Assembly: GCA_030390025.1 (NCBI GenBank)
Contig: CM059449.1
Coordinates: 36,518,001-36,582,000 of the forward strand
Origin: Squalus acanthias
Lineage: Eukaryota
Direction of reading: 5' to 3'
DNA length: 64,000 bases
A model generated the notes under the pieces. It did no database searches and was not told where the DNA came from. It was given only the letters and a program-made list of their open reading frames with translations. Within the stretch, counting starts at the first letter, position 1; every line of letters starts with the position of its first letter. Both the position numbers and the translations under genes were made by a program. Shown one piece after another: positions 12,726-24,829 of the stretch.

Positions 12726-13240
12726 AGTGTGCACCAAATAGTACACCATGTCCGATTTCAGAAAATCGATTGAGGTGTAAAACAACAGCTGATTCACAGG
12801 CGCCCGGGTTTTATCTGGTGTTGAATGTGAAATCAACTTATGCAGGGTTGCTGAACGGGTGGCAACGGGAAAAGTCGCCTGTTATACAACCCGGCCCATT
12901 TTACTGTGACGTGAAGGGAAAGGAAAAAGCAGGCAGCATGTATAAAGGGCAGCCTCGCTGCTATGCCCATTTTACACTCACCAACACTGAATTTCACCCC
13001 CAGTATCACCAATATCATTCATTGGGGTTAATGTTACCTTCCAGAGAGGGTGTAAAATGGGTGATATCCAATTAGTTGTCCATTATACACCTCGCCTAAT
13101 GTTCCTTTCTATTGAAGTCAATGGAAGGGAAAATGAGGCGGGGTGTATATCAGGCGGTTCGATATCACTCATGTTACACTATCCCCCAAGTTTAAATGAC
13201 CCCTGTCGTTCGCTGCATTCATTCAAACGAATACACTCAC

Positions 13241-13403
13241 TTGATGTTTGGTTGTTCTGCTGCAACCATCTATCAACCTGTCCCTTGATGAGTCCGTGGA
13301 AACCAGCTTGAGTTATTGTGTATTCGTCCCAGTAACTCTTCTCAAATGCTTCTGCCATCCATTGCTGTCTTGGAACAGTTATTTCCATATTTTTGTCGTA
13401 ATA
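13241..13403 (-). CDS. MHC class I-like heavy chain, 3' part of alpha1 exon (5' part and leader lost in the gap)
   Basis: YDKNMEITVPRQQWMAEAFEKSYWDEYT...DRWLQQNNQTS|gtgagt shows the P..WM, YWD and N86 NQT glycosylation motifs. Its phase-1 donor matches the alpha2 exon. Confidence 0.9.
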
Positions 13404-13903
13404 NNNNNNNNNNNNNNNNNNNNNNNNNNNNNNNNNNNNNNNNNNNNNNNNNNNNNNNNNNNNNNNNNNNNNNNNNNNNNNNNNNNNNNNNNNNNNNNNN
13501 NNNNNNNNNNNNNNNNNNNNNNNNNNNNNNNNNNNNNNNNNNNNNNNNNNNNNNNNNNNNNNNNNNNNNNNNNNNNNNNNNNNNNNNNNNNNNNNNNNNN
13601 NNNNNNNNNNNNNNNNNNNNNNNNNNNNNNNNNNNNNNNNNNNNNNNNNNNNNNNNNNNNNNNNNNNNNNNNNNNNNNNNNNNNNNNNNNNNNNNNNNNN
13701 NNNNNNNNNNNNNNNNNNNNNNNNNNNNNNNNNNNNNNNNNNNNNNNNNNNNNNNNNNNNNNNNNNNNNNNNNNNNNNNNNNNNNNNNNNNNNNNNNNNN
13801 NNNNNNNNNNNNNNNNNNNNNNNNNNNNNNNNNNNNNNNNNNNNNNNNNNNNNNNNNNNNNNNNNNNNNNNNNNNNNNNNNNNNNNNNNNNNNNNNNNNN
13901 NNN
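13404..13903. other. 500-N assembly gap
   Basis: Run of N. The round length suggests a scaffolding gap of unknown true size. Confidence 0.95.
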
Positions 13904-14460
13904 TTGGGGGTCGGTGATCACGGGGGGGTCAGTGTGGGGGAGAGATTGGGGGTCGGTGATCACGGGGGGGGTCAGTGTGGGGGAGAGATTGGGTGTCGGT
14001 GATCACGGGGGGTCAGTGTGGGGGGAGAGATTGGGGGTCGGTGATCACGGGGGGGTTAGTGTGGGGAGAGATTGGGGGGTCGGTGATCACGGGGGGTCAG
14101 TGTGGGGATAGATTGGGGGTCGGTGATCGGGGGGGCGTCAGTGTGGGGAGTGATTGGGGTCGGTGATCACGGCGGGGTCAGTGTGTGGAGAGATTGGGGG
14201 TCGGTGATCACGGGGGGTCAGTGTGGGGAGAGATTGGGGGGTCGGTGATCACGGGGGGTCAGTCTGGGGATAGATTGGGGGTCGGTGATCAGGGGGGGGT
14301 CAGTGTGGGGAGAGATTGGGGGTCGGTGATCATGGGGGGTGTCAGTGTGGGGGGAGAGATTGGGGGTCGGTGATCACGGGGGGTCAGTGTGGGGAAAGAT
14401 TGGGGGTCGGTGATCACGGGGGGTGTCAGTGTGGGGAGAGATTGGGGGTCGGTGATCACT
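13904..14460 (+). repeat. G-rich minisatellite, ~38-41 bp unit, ~14 copies
   Basis: Unit TTGGGGGTCGGTGATCACGGGGGGTCAGTGTGGGGAGAGA with variable G-run lengths. Confidence 0.95.
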
Positions 14461-14769
14461 CCTTTTATCTGCCGGTTTACCGGAGAGAACCGGGCCTCGC
14501 TGGGTTAAACATAGAAAGCTTGTTGATACAAAAGCAAAATCCTGCAGATGCTGGTAATCTGAAGCTTGTTGATAGTTTTTGTGAGAGCGGATTGGTCACC
14601 CGCCTCTCATCCCGCCTCCGGCAAAACCGGTAGTGGGTGTGTCGAGGCGGGTTGGGATCCTGTTTCAGATTTTTAATATTTTAACCTCCCACCCGACCCA
14701 AACCCACTCGTTTATGAGTGTTAAAATTGCCTCCAGTTTTTCCGTATTCTGACGCATCAGTTTAGGGAC

Positions 14770-15314
14770 CTACGGTTCGAAATGGCGCAGTTTAAGAGGA
14801 GCAGCATTTTTACCCTCATCGCACGTTCCAGGATAGAAATAAGGAAAGAGTTTCTCAGTGAATGTGTCAGTGAAAGTGTAGAGATTGGACATATCATCAG
14901 CATTGTAAAAGCTCACCTGTCCTCCCTCATAGTCCAGGTAAACTCCGATGGTCCTGGGCTTCACACTCGGGGTCAGTGGGACATGTGGGATTTCAACAGC
15001 TCTATATTCATTCCCATTTCTCAGCCACACAGCCCAGTTTCCATGTTCTGGCCCCAGGTATATCTGTCCCTTCCTATTGGCTGACTCTCTGGCCACACCC
15101 ACATCCCACTTCGTCTTGTTCCCGACCTCCACCTCCCAGTAGTGTTTCCCTGATGTGAATCCCTGTGACCCCAGGACACAAAGACACGTATCGAATCTCT
15201 CCGGGTTATCAGGAAGTTGTAATCCTCTGTTGCTGGGACTCACACTCGTCCGGTCCTCAGACAGGATGAGCTTAAGATGCGCTGTGTTTGGGTCCAGGGT
15301 CAGTGAGGCTGGGA
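14770..15314 (-). CDS. TRIM gene exon 6: PRY-SPRY (B30.2) domain
   Basis: Acceptor tttcccccAG. [13 protein letters not shown]...PERFD...[18 protein letters not shown]...WDVGVA...[16 protein letters not shown]...[12 protein letters not shown] stop. Confidence 0.95.
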
Positions 15315-15434
15315 CTGGGGGAAATATAAATGACATCACGTTAAATATTTTAGACAGAGGAAGATGGACGGACACAGGTTAATATCTGATGTCTGTAGAA
15401 CAGGACTCTGCACCCAGTCCATAATTTCTGTATC

Positions 15435-15635
15435 AATAAATACTGCAGACTGGATACAGTGTACAGTTAGATATATTCCCAGACTCCAGTATGTACAGTG
15501 AACAGATATTACAGACTGGATACAGTGTACAGTTAGATATATTCCCAGACTCCAGTGTGTACTGTGAACAGATATTACAGACTGGGTACAGTGAACAGTT
15601 AGATATATTCCCAGACTCCCGTGTGTACAGTGAAC
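15435..15635. repeat. 60-bp tandem repeat, ~3 copies
   Basis: Repeated cagactggatacagtgtacagttagatatattcccagactccagt... Confidence 0.85.
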
Positions 15636-15789
15636 ACAAGGACTGTGCAGTGGTCACTCCTACCAATACGGACATGGATTGGTGAGGACGAGGTCAAGTA
15701 GGTTATTCCCTCGTGTTCATTTTCTCACCACTTGCCATCAGCCCAGTCTTGTGCTTTGGTGGTACTGAGCCAGTCTTGGTGATGACTGA

Positions 15790-17245
15790 GCCTCCTATTT
15801 CTCATCTACATGCTTCCCCTCGGAGACAGCATCCGAAAACACAAGGTCAAGTTCCACACATACGCTGACGACACCCAGCTCTACCTCACCACCACCTCTC
15901 TCAACCCCTCACTGCCTCTGATTGGACACGCTACTTGTCCGACATCCACTTCTGAATGAGAATACATTTTCTCCAATTAAATAGTGGGAAGGCCGAAGCC
16001 ATTGTCTTTGGTCCCGGCCACAAACTCTCTTCCCGACTCACTGAATCCATCCCTCTTCCTGGCCACTGTATGAGGCTAAACCTCAGCGTCCTATTTGACC
16101 CTGAGCTGATCTTCAGACCCCATATGATGTCAGGCAAGGCTCAGTGGGCAGCACTCTTGCCTATGGGTCAGAAGGTTGTGGGTTCAAGTCCCACTCCAGA
16201 GACTTGAGCACAAAGTATAGGCGGACACTCCAGTGCAGTATTGATGGGGTGCTGCACTGCCAGAGGTGCCCTCTTTCAGATGAGACGTTAATCTGAGGCC
16301 CCGTCTGCTCTCCCAGCTGGATGTAAAAGATCCCGCATCATTTGAAGAAGAGCAGGGGAGTTCTCCCCGGTGTCCTGGACAATATTTATCCCTCAATCAA
16401 CATCACTAAAAAACAGATTAACTGGTCATCATCACAATGCTGTTTGTGGGAGCTTGCTGTGCGGAAATTGGCTGCTGCGTTTCCTACTTTAAAACAGTGA
16501 CTACAATTCAAAAGTACTTCATTGGCTGTAACGCGCTTTGAGACATCTTGAGGTCATGAAAGGCGCTATATAAATGCAAGTCTTTTATTCTTTCATATCC
16601 TCGCCATGCTCCTTCCACCTCAGCAACATCGCCCATCTCCACCCCTGCCTCAGCCCATCTGCTGCTGAAACCCTCATCCAAGCCTTTGTTACCTCCAGAC
16701 TCGACTATTCCAACACGCTCCTGGCTGGCCGGCCTCCCATCTTCCACCTTCTGTAAACTTCAGCTCATCCAAACCTCTGCTGCCCATATCCTAATTCACA
16801 CCAAGTCCCGTTCACCATCACCCCTGGGCTCGTTGGCCTACTTTGGCTCCCAGTCCAGCAACACCTCAATTTTAAAATTCTCATCCTTATTTTCAAAACC
16901 CTCTGTGGCTTTGCCCCTTCCTATCTCTGTAACCTCCTACAGCCCGCCGAGATCTCTGCTCTCCTCCAATTCTGGTCTCTTGCACACCTTCGATTTTAAT
17001 GGCTCCACCATTGGAGGCCGTGCCATCAGCTGCCAAGGCCCTGAGCTCTGGAATTCCCTCCTGAACCTCTCCGCCTCTCCACCTCTCTCTCCTCCTTTAA
17101 GATGCTGCTTAAAAACCTACCTCTTTGTCCAAGCATTTGGTCACCTGTCCTAATATCTCCTCATGTGGCTTGGCGTAAATTTTGTTCGATAACGCTCCTG
17201 TGAAGCGCCTTGGTAGGTTTTATTACGGAGACCTGCGGCAGCCCA
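15790..17245 (+). mobile_element. L2-clade LINE 3' fragment interrupted by a Deu-SINE
   Basis: RT motif YADDTQLY (tacgctgacgacacccagctctac), then AAETLIQAFVTSRLDYSN and ELWNSL; L2 tail ctgtgaagcgccttgg. Confidence 0.8.
16135..16590 (+). mobile_element. tRNA-derived Deu-domain SINE, near full length
   Basis: A-box-like ggctcagtgg, B-box ggttcaagtcc, Deu core and L2-like tail ending gcgctatataaatgcaag. Confidence 0.8.
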
Positions 17246-17249
17246 GCCC

Positions 17250-20200
17250 AGCATTGAAACAGGGCGGGAACTGGAGCAGTTTAAAGGAGACCCGCGGAGG
17301 AGAAACAAACCCAGAGAAAAATCACAGAGACGTCATAATCAGCACAAGTGAGGAGCGTTGGGCCGGAGGAAATTCAGCGAGGTATTTAATTTACTACACA
17401 CTCTATTCTTAACTTAACTGTATTCAGTATCATTAATAAATAATATAAAACTTAGTTTAAAAACAGTGGGCAGTGAAACTAACGCAAGGGAAAATCTGAA
17501 AAAGTGACATCTCAGTGAGCAGCTCTGAGTGTGAGTAATCAGTGAACCATTTGTTTTTTTTTAAACAAAAGCTGTCTACCTAATTTTAATTCAGGCTATC
17601 AATAAACAAGTAAATAAAAAAGACTAGAGATGGCAGGGCAGGCTAGGTGTCGGGACTGTAGTTTGTGGGAGTTTGTGGAGAGCGAGACTGTCCCGGATTC
17701 CCACATCAGCAGAAAACGTCTCTGCCTTCAGTCACTCCGGCTCAGAGACTTGACCTGGAGTGTGAGTTAGAGACACTCCGAAACATAAGGGAGGGGAGGA
17801 ATTTCTGGATAGTTTCATCCAGTCACACCCCAGAGGAAAGCACAGGTTCAGGAAAAGATGTACTCGCTACCTGTGAGGACAAAGAGAAAGACTGTGGGGA
17901 GGACAGCCGCAATGCAGACTAAGGCACCATGGCTCAGAAGGCTGTCCAAGGGAGGTAGAGCAGAATAGAAATGTGGTCGTGACAGGGTATTCTATAATTA
18001 GGGGGATAGATAGCATCCTCTGCAGCCACGAATGTGAATCCCAAAGGATGTGTTGCCTACCGGGGTAAGGGATAACTCGAGGTGGCTGGGGAGAAATTTG
18101 GAAAGGGAGGGTGTAAATCCAGTTGTTGTGGTCCATGTTGGACCAAACAACATAGATAGGAACAGGGAGGAGGTCCCGCTGAGGGAGTATCAGGTATTAG
18201 GAACTTTTTTTAAAAACAGGATCTCTGGATTATTACCTGAGCCACGTGCAAATTGGCATATAGACTGACCGATCAGGTGAGTTAACATGTGGCTAAGTGG
18301 CTGGTGTGGGAGAGAGAGGTTCCTTTCCATGGGACACCGGCACCAGTACTGGGACAGGGAGGAGCTGTACCGATGGGACAGGCTTCACCTGAACCGGAAT
18401 GGGAACAGTGTCAAAGCGGAAAGGGTAAATAGGGAGGTAGCAAAGGCTTTAAACTAGTAAGACGGGGTTGAGGGGGAGGGATCAACAAGAAATGAATAAA
18501 GCTTAAATATAAACGAAACCGGAAAGGAGAGCATGGAACAGAGCAAACAGGGAGGACATAAATAGCCAGGGAATAAATAGAGTTATAGAACAGGGGAGTA
18601 AAAACATGGTTTAAAATTAAATTAAGAGGAACTGCTATTAAAAATGGCCAGAAGAGGGAGGTAAAGGGGATAAGGGAATGGAGTTCCTACAATGTGTACA
18701 GGACTCCTTTCTAACCCAATATGTAAGAAGCGCAACAAGGGAGGATTCGCTACTGGTTCTGGTAATGGGGAATGAACCTGAGCAGATAATAGAAGTAAAA
18801 GTAGGGGAACATCTCGGCAATAGTGACCATAATATAATACGGTTTACGATAATGATTGAGAAGGACATAACCATGACAAAGACCAGGGTAATAGATTGCA
18901 GAAAAACTGATTGAGAGGCTGAGAATAGAACTTGGGAAAATAAAATGGACAACAATATTGGCAAAGAATGATGTAGAACACCAATGGGAAACATTTAAAA
19001 CAGTGTTCAACAGAGCCCAGGAAAAATATATTCTGCTAAAAAAGCAAGAAGAAGCTAAACACTAATGAGACACCACGGATGAATAAAGACAGGAGGGAAA
19101 ACTGAGGGTAAGGAAAGCGACATACACTGAGTACATGGACAACAGGGGAGAGAATGACAAGGGAGAATATGAAGAGACTAGGAGAGAAGTCAAAAAAACA
19201 ATTAGGAAGGCAAATAGGAACTATGAAATTAAATTATCAAGGAACATAAAACAAATAGTAAAATATTCCACAGGCACATAAATAAAAAAAGGAAAATCGG
19301 GGTGGGAATAGAGCCACTCAGGGACGGTCAGGATAAAATCACAGGCAGTGATAATGAAATGGTAGAAATATTAAATAATTACTTTGCTTCAGTCTTTACC
19401 AGTGAGACAGATCAGGTGGACATGACATCAGAAGATGAAATTAGAAATGATATAACGCATTTAAAATAAAGAGGAGAAATATTAAATGAACAAATCAAAC
19501 TCAAAGAGGATAAAACTCCTGGTCTGGCCGGATTACATCTGTGCATTTTAAAAGAATCTAGAGAAGAGATGATAGAGGCATTACTACACATATTTAATAA
19601 TTCGTTAGAAAAAGGTGTAGTGTCAGAGGACTGGCAGACAGCTAATGTTACACCTATATTTAAGAAGGGAGATAGAACATGTCCAGGGAACTATAGACCA
19701 GTCAGCTTAACATTGGTCGTCGGAAAAATAATGGAATCCCCACTAAAGGATAGAAAATAGAAAAGTAAATTTGCATACTAAGGAGGACTGCAACAAATTA
19801 CGGGAAGACATTAACAAACTTGCAGAATGGGTATACAATTGTTAAATCAATTTCAACATAGATAAGTGTGAGGTATTACATTTTGGTAAGAAAAATAAGG
19901 AAATCAGATATTACTTGGAAAATATGAATCTAAATAGGGTAGAAGAGTAAAGGGATCTGGGAATACAAATACACAAATCACTAAAAGTAGCAACACAGGT
20001 TAATACGGCCATAACAAAAGCAAACCCAGCACTATGGATTATTTCTACAGGGATCGAATTGAAAAGTAGACGAGTTGTGCGAAACTTGTATCGAACCTTG
20101 GTTAGACCACATTTGGAGCACATCTGCTCGCCATGTTATAAAAAGGATATAGAGGCACTGGAGAGGGTGAGGGAAGATTTACAAGGATGATACCAGAAAT

Positions 20201-20668
20201 GCGAGGGTTTACCTATCAGGAAATGATGAACAGGTTGGGTCTCTTTTCTCTTTCTCTTGAAAAGAGATGGCTGAGGGGTGACCTAATAGGGGTCTTTAAA
20301 ATTATAACAGGTTTTGATAGAGTAGACACAGAGAGAGTGTTTCCACTTGTGGGGAAGAGCAAAACAAGAGGCCATCAAAATAAGATAGTCACCAAGAAAT
20401 CAAATAGGGAATTCAGGAGAAACTTCTTTACCCAGAGAGTGGTGAGAATGTGGAACTTCCTACCACTGGGAGTGGTTGAGGTGAATAGTATAATTGCATT
20501 TAAGGGGAGGCTACATAAGTATATGAGGGAGAAGGGAATAGAGGGTTCTGCTGATAGAGTTAGATGAGGAAGGATGGGAGGAGGCTCGAGTGGAGCATAA
20601 ACGCCGACAGGGACTGGTTGGGTCGAATGGCCTGTTTCTGTGCTGTATATTCTGTGTAATTCTATGTA
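17250..20668 (+). mobile_element. Degenerate CR1 LINE (ORF1 esterase plus partly deleted ORF2) in TRIM intron 5
   Basis: VVVVHVGPNN (SGNH block), FLTQYV...LGNSDHN (APE), WQTANVTPIFKKG..PGNYRPVSLT (RT), FRRNFFTQRVV.MWN. Many stops and internal deletions. Confidence 0.9.
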
Positions 20669-20999
20669 AAAGTGCTGAATAAATGCAAGTTGTTGTTATG
20701 GGCTTTGAAGTCCACACTCAGAGTACATTCTGTGCCCTTGCTACCCTCAGTGCTTCTTCCAAGTGGTGTTCAACACGAAGGAGTACTGCTTCCTCAGCAG
20801 AAGGCCAAGAGACCGCAATGTTGAGGACTCCCACACCCACCCACCGTGCCCCCACCTCTGGTGGGTCTGTCCTGCCAGTGGGTCTGTTAGTGGGGAGCAC
20901 TTTGCAATGTAGACTGGGCTGGATGTGTTTTTGTCCTGCCCTAATTCAATGTCTAGTTCGCAGCCGAGAGGTCGGTAGGTTTTATTCTTGTTTTCCTTT

Positions 21000-21320
21000 C
21001 TAGTGGTTTTGATGTAACTGAGTGTCTCGCTCGTCCCCTTCAGAGGGAAGTCAAGAGTCAATGTTGGTGTGGGACTGGAGTCACATATAGGCCAGACCGG
21101 CTAAGGACAGCAAATTTCCTTCCCTAAAGGACATCAGTGAACCTGTTGGGTTTTTACGACAATCCGACAGCTTCACGGTCACTTTTACTGACACCAGCTC
21201 TTTATTCCAGATTTACTCATTGAACGGAAGTTAAATTCTCAAACTGCCATGGTGGGATTAATCTCACACTCTCTGGATTATTAGTCCAGTAACACAACCA
21301 CTCCACTATCGCACCCTCTA
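21000..21320 (-). mobile_element. Probable tRNA-derived SINE of a second family
   Basis: Minus-strand tRNA-like head near 21240-21320, followed by a tccttagggaaggaaatttg-like body. Confidence 0.45.
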
Positions 21321-21715
21321 CAGTACAATAAGCATTCTCTCAATGACTGTTCCAGTGGGTGCACCATTAGAAAGTTTATGAAGTATTTGCCGTGTGGGGT
21401 AAGGATAGGAGACATGGTAAATAACAGAGGTTGATGTTTAACTTGCTGCCTGAGTATAAAAGTGGAGTTGGGGATTGGCCTCCCATTATAGAAACCGCCC
21501 ACTGACATCACCACAACTAAACACTCCCAACAAGCATATTCCACAAAAAGCTCACATTAACGGGAAAATTACACTCAAAATCTCCCAATACAGCAATCAC
21601 ACCAGTGGAAAGTGTATCAAGGTCAGTGACGGTATGTGAGGGTGGGCGGCAGGGGTGGGTGTACGGCTCAGTGAAGGTACAAAGTCGCACAGAGCAGAGG
21701 ATCTACCATCAGTAT

Positions 21716-22020
21716 TCCTGGGTCAGAGAGGAACACAATCAGCCCGGGGTCCCAGTCTGATCACTGTGCAGTGAGTCCTGGGTCAGAGAGGAACACAATC
21801 AGCCCGGGGTCCCAGTCTGATCACTGTCCAGTGAGCCCTGGGTCAGAGAGGAACACAATCAGCCCGGGGTCCCAGTCTCATCACTGTCCAGTGAGTCCTG
21901 GGTCAGAGAGGAACATAATCAGCCAGAGGTCCCAGTCTGATCACTGTCCAGGTGAGTCCTGGGTCAGGGAGGAACACAATCAGCCCGGGGTCCCAGTCGG
22001 ATCACTGTCCAGTGAGCCCT
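21716..22020. repeat. 60-bp tandem repeat, 5 copies
   Basis: Unit cctgggtcagagaggaacacaatcagcccggggtcccagtctgatcactgtccagtgagt, in register across consecutive lines. Confidence 0.95.
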
Positions 22021-22282
22021 AATGGAAAGTGCGAGTGTCTGGATGTCAAATAAGATGATGTTCTGATGCCCTCATGCTTGAATCGCTCAATCTGAGCTCC
22101 CACATACAGAACATAAGAAGTAAGAGCAGGAGTAGGACATACGGCCCCTCGAGCCTGCTCCGCCATTCAATAAGATCGTGGCTGATCATCGACCTCAACT
22201 CCACTTTCCCGCCCGATCTCCATATCCCTTGATTCCCCTAGAGTCCAAAACTCTGTCTATCTCAGCCTTGAATATACTCAAA

Positions 22283-24113
22283 GGGGGAGAAATTCAGTAT
22301 CGCCCCATTTGGGGCGCAATTATCGGCCGGGTGCAAAGATTAGCGCCTGGCGCTAATTATCGCCACCGACTGCAAACTTGACTTTTATCGCCCCTGGAGG
22401 TGATTGCAGCGCTAAATCAGGCGCTTCACACCTGTCTTAAGGCGCAAAGGCCGAGGAGCGAGGCGCTACCTCAGAGCGCTGGTGAAGCTCATGTAATGTC
22501 AGTCAGCAATGGAACACACACACAATGGCACGGGCCAGTTCTTAAAGGGGATGGTTGATCTTGCTTTCCATCCACATCCTGCTCATTGCAGCCTTGAATC
22601 TCTGCCTGGAGAGAACATAAGAACATAAGAAATAGGAGCAGGAGTAGGCCAATCGGCCCCTCGAGCCTGCTCCGCTATTCAATAAGATCATGGCTGATCT
22701 GATCCTAACCGCCAATCTACTATCTACTATCACAGAACCATCTCCTGCATCTAACAGAATTGCACACACGAAATAGGAGCAGAATCAGGCTACACGGTCC
22801 CTGGGCCCGCTCCACTACCCACAGGGCCATGACCGATCCGAACCTAGACTCATGTCCAAATTCCTGCCCGCTCCCCGTAACCCTTAATGCCCTTTACTTC
22901 TAGGAAACTGTCTATTTCTGTTTTAAATTTATTTAATGATGTAGCTTCTACAGCTTTTTGTGGCAGCATATTCCATGGACCTACCACCCTCTGAGTGAAG
23001 TAGTTCCTCCTCATCTCAGTTTTGAAAGAGCAGCCCCTTATTCTAAGACTATGTCCCCTAGTTCTCGTCTCACCCGTCATCGGGAACATCCTCCCCGCAT
23101 CCACCCGATCCAACCCCTTCTCAATCTTATATGTTTCAATAAGATCGCCTCTCATTCTTCTGAACTCCAATGAGTAGAGTCCCAATCTACACAACCTCTC
23201 CTCATATGACCACCCCCTCATCCCCGGGATTAACCGAGTGAACCTTTTTTGCACTGCCTCGAGAGCAAGGATGTCTTTCCTTAAGTAAGGACACCAAAAC
23301 TGTATGCAGTATTCCAGGTGCGGTCTCACCAATACCTTGTACAACTGAAGCAATACCTCCCTATTTTTATATTCTATCCCCCTAGCAATGAAAGCCAACA
23401 TTCCATTTGCCTTCTTAATCACTTGCTGCACCTGCATACTAACCTTTTGAGTTTCGTGCACCAGGACCCCCAGATCCCTTTGCACTTCAGTACTCTCCAG
23501 TTTCTTGCCATTAAGATAATAAATTGCTCTAGGATTTTTCCTGCCAAAGTGCATCACCTCACACTTTCACATCAAATCTGCTGGAAAGAACAATGGAGAG
23601 TACCAGGGAAAGAGCTCAGAGTGCAGCCCCCACAGTCTCTTCTAAATCGATACAAGGAAGGGCAAGTCAAAATGAACCTGCAAAGTGCTGCTCAGTACCC
23701 AAAACTCCATCACACAGCATTGAATCTCTCCAGAAGGCTCTCTCTCTCTCTCTCAGAATGCGTGGTTCAAAAATGGCACCAACAATAAAAGGCAGGAAGC
23801 GGTCGCCTTTAAATAGCGCTCCCCCAGTCCCTTCATGACTGCAAAATGCTCCCCTCAACCTGTCATTGCTAGCGTCAGGCGGTAAGGCAGGGGGCGCCAC
23901 TCAATATCCGCTCCGGGGCGATACGCACTCGACTGACGTCACGATCTGCCGGCGCAGGAGATCGTGGTGGTAGTGTTTAGCCCCGCTGCAAAATGTCTAG
24001 TTAATTTCGCGAGCGGCGCAAACATTTCCGCGCCTGGGCACTAGATGCTTTGCGCCCCATTAGCGCCCTCTTAAGGCGCTAACGGGAGGCGCAACCAACT
24101 GAATTTTTCCCCC
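22283..24113. mobile_element. PIF/Harbinger-like non-autonomous element containing a nested CR1
   Basis: TIRs GGGGGAGAAATTCAGT / ACTGAATTTTTCCCCC, TSD AAA/AAA. Confidence 0.75.
22612..23570 (-). mobile_element. Young 5'-truncated CR1 nested in the Harbinger-like element
   Basis: Uninterrupted 235-aa ORF2 C-terminus (22850-23557) and a (ttcttatg)n tail. Confidence 0.92.
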
Positions 24114-24570
24114 AAAGACTCAGCATTCACAGCCCTCTGGGGCAGAGAATTCCAAAGATTCACAACCCTCTGAGTGAAGAAATTCCTCCTCATCTCAGTC
24201 TTAAATGGCCTACCCCTTATCCTGAGACTATGCCCCCTAGTTCTAGACACTCCAGCCAGGGGAAACAATCTCTCAGCATCTACCCTGTCAATCCCCTTCA
24301 GAATCTTGTATGTTTCAATGAGATCACCGCTCATTCTTCTAAACTCCAGAGAGTATAGGCTCATTCTGCACAATCTCTCATCATAGGACAGCCCTCTCAT
24401 CCCAGGAATCTATCTAGTGAATCTTCGTTGCACTCAACGAATGGCCCCTTGAGTGAGGCTCCAGAGCTGCTGCCCCAGTGATCTGTACCAGCAACAGGCA
24501 GCACCTTCAGGAGAGGGGGAAGAGAGCAGGACACGACAGAAAGTGGACACAAAGCTGTGGAGTTTCTTAC

Positions 24571-24716
24571 CTGGAGAGATGATCTGTTTCATTTCCTTCC
24601 ACACTGCGTAGAGTAACGGGCCTCGAAACACTGTGTATTTCAGACTTGCAGACACCAGGATCTCTTCATCTTCACCTCTCTCTGCACCTTCACCTTCCTC
24701 GCCTTTGTCCAGGTAC
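24571..24716 (-). CDS. TRIM gene exon 5 (linker with acidic stretch)
   Basis: aacAG...G|gtaag, 146 bp: YLDKGEEGEGAERGEDEEILVSASLKYTVFRGPLLYAVWKEMKQIISP. The GP..Y.VWK.M motif is typical of the linker before PRY. Confidence 0.9.
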
Positions 24717-24806
24717 CTGTTTGAATGGGATTGATTCAGTCACTCACTGCAGGATACAAACTGTGATCACAGTGTCAGACGGTGTGGGTTTGGATTGGAT
24801 ACTCAC

Positions 24807-24829
24807 CTTTCTCTCAATCTTTTCAGTTC
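24807..24829 (-). CDS. TRIM gene exon 4 (23-bp micro-exon)
   Basis: cctgcAG|GAACTGAAAAGATTGAGAGAAAG|gtgagt. A 23-bp exon at this position is characteristic of PRY-SPRY TRIMs. Confidence 0.9.

Larger units (their letters stand above)
8150..13204. mobile_element. Cluster of short (~140-280 bp) palindromic MITEs inside the MHC introns (8150-8291, 8932-9150, 10833-11019, 11309-11479, 12728-13002, 13023-13204)
   Basis: Each copy has GGGGTAATTTT-like/AAAATTACCCC-like ends, tgtaaaatgggcgat...atcgcccattttaca arms and often a ttccattga..tcaatggaa centre. Related copies lie near 1010-1303, 3130-3284 and 14625-14734. Confidence 0.65.
22108..24440 (-). mobile_element. CR1 3' fragment split by a Harbinger-like element
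   Basis: The CR1 tail at 22108-22282 continues at 24114-24440 (ORF 24071-24400 RLCRMSLYSLEFRR...). Confidence 0.88.

Noticed and set aside
5823-14111. ORFs full of X (5823-6257, 13248-14111 and overlapping ones)
   Set aside because: They are open only because they cross N gaps.
16135-16205. tRNA gene
   Set aside because: The A and B boxes belong to a SINE head; there is no complete cloverleaf and the SINE body follows.
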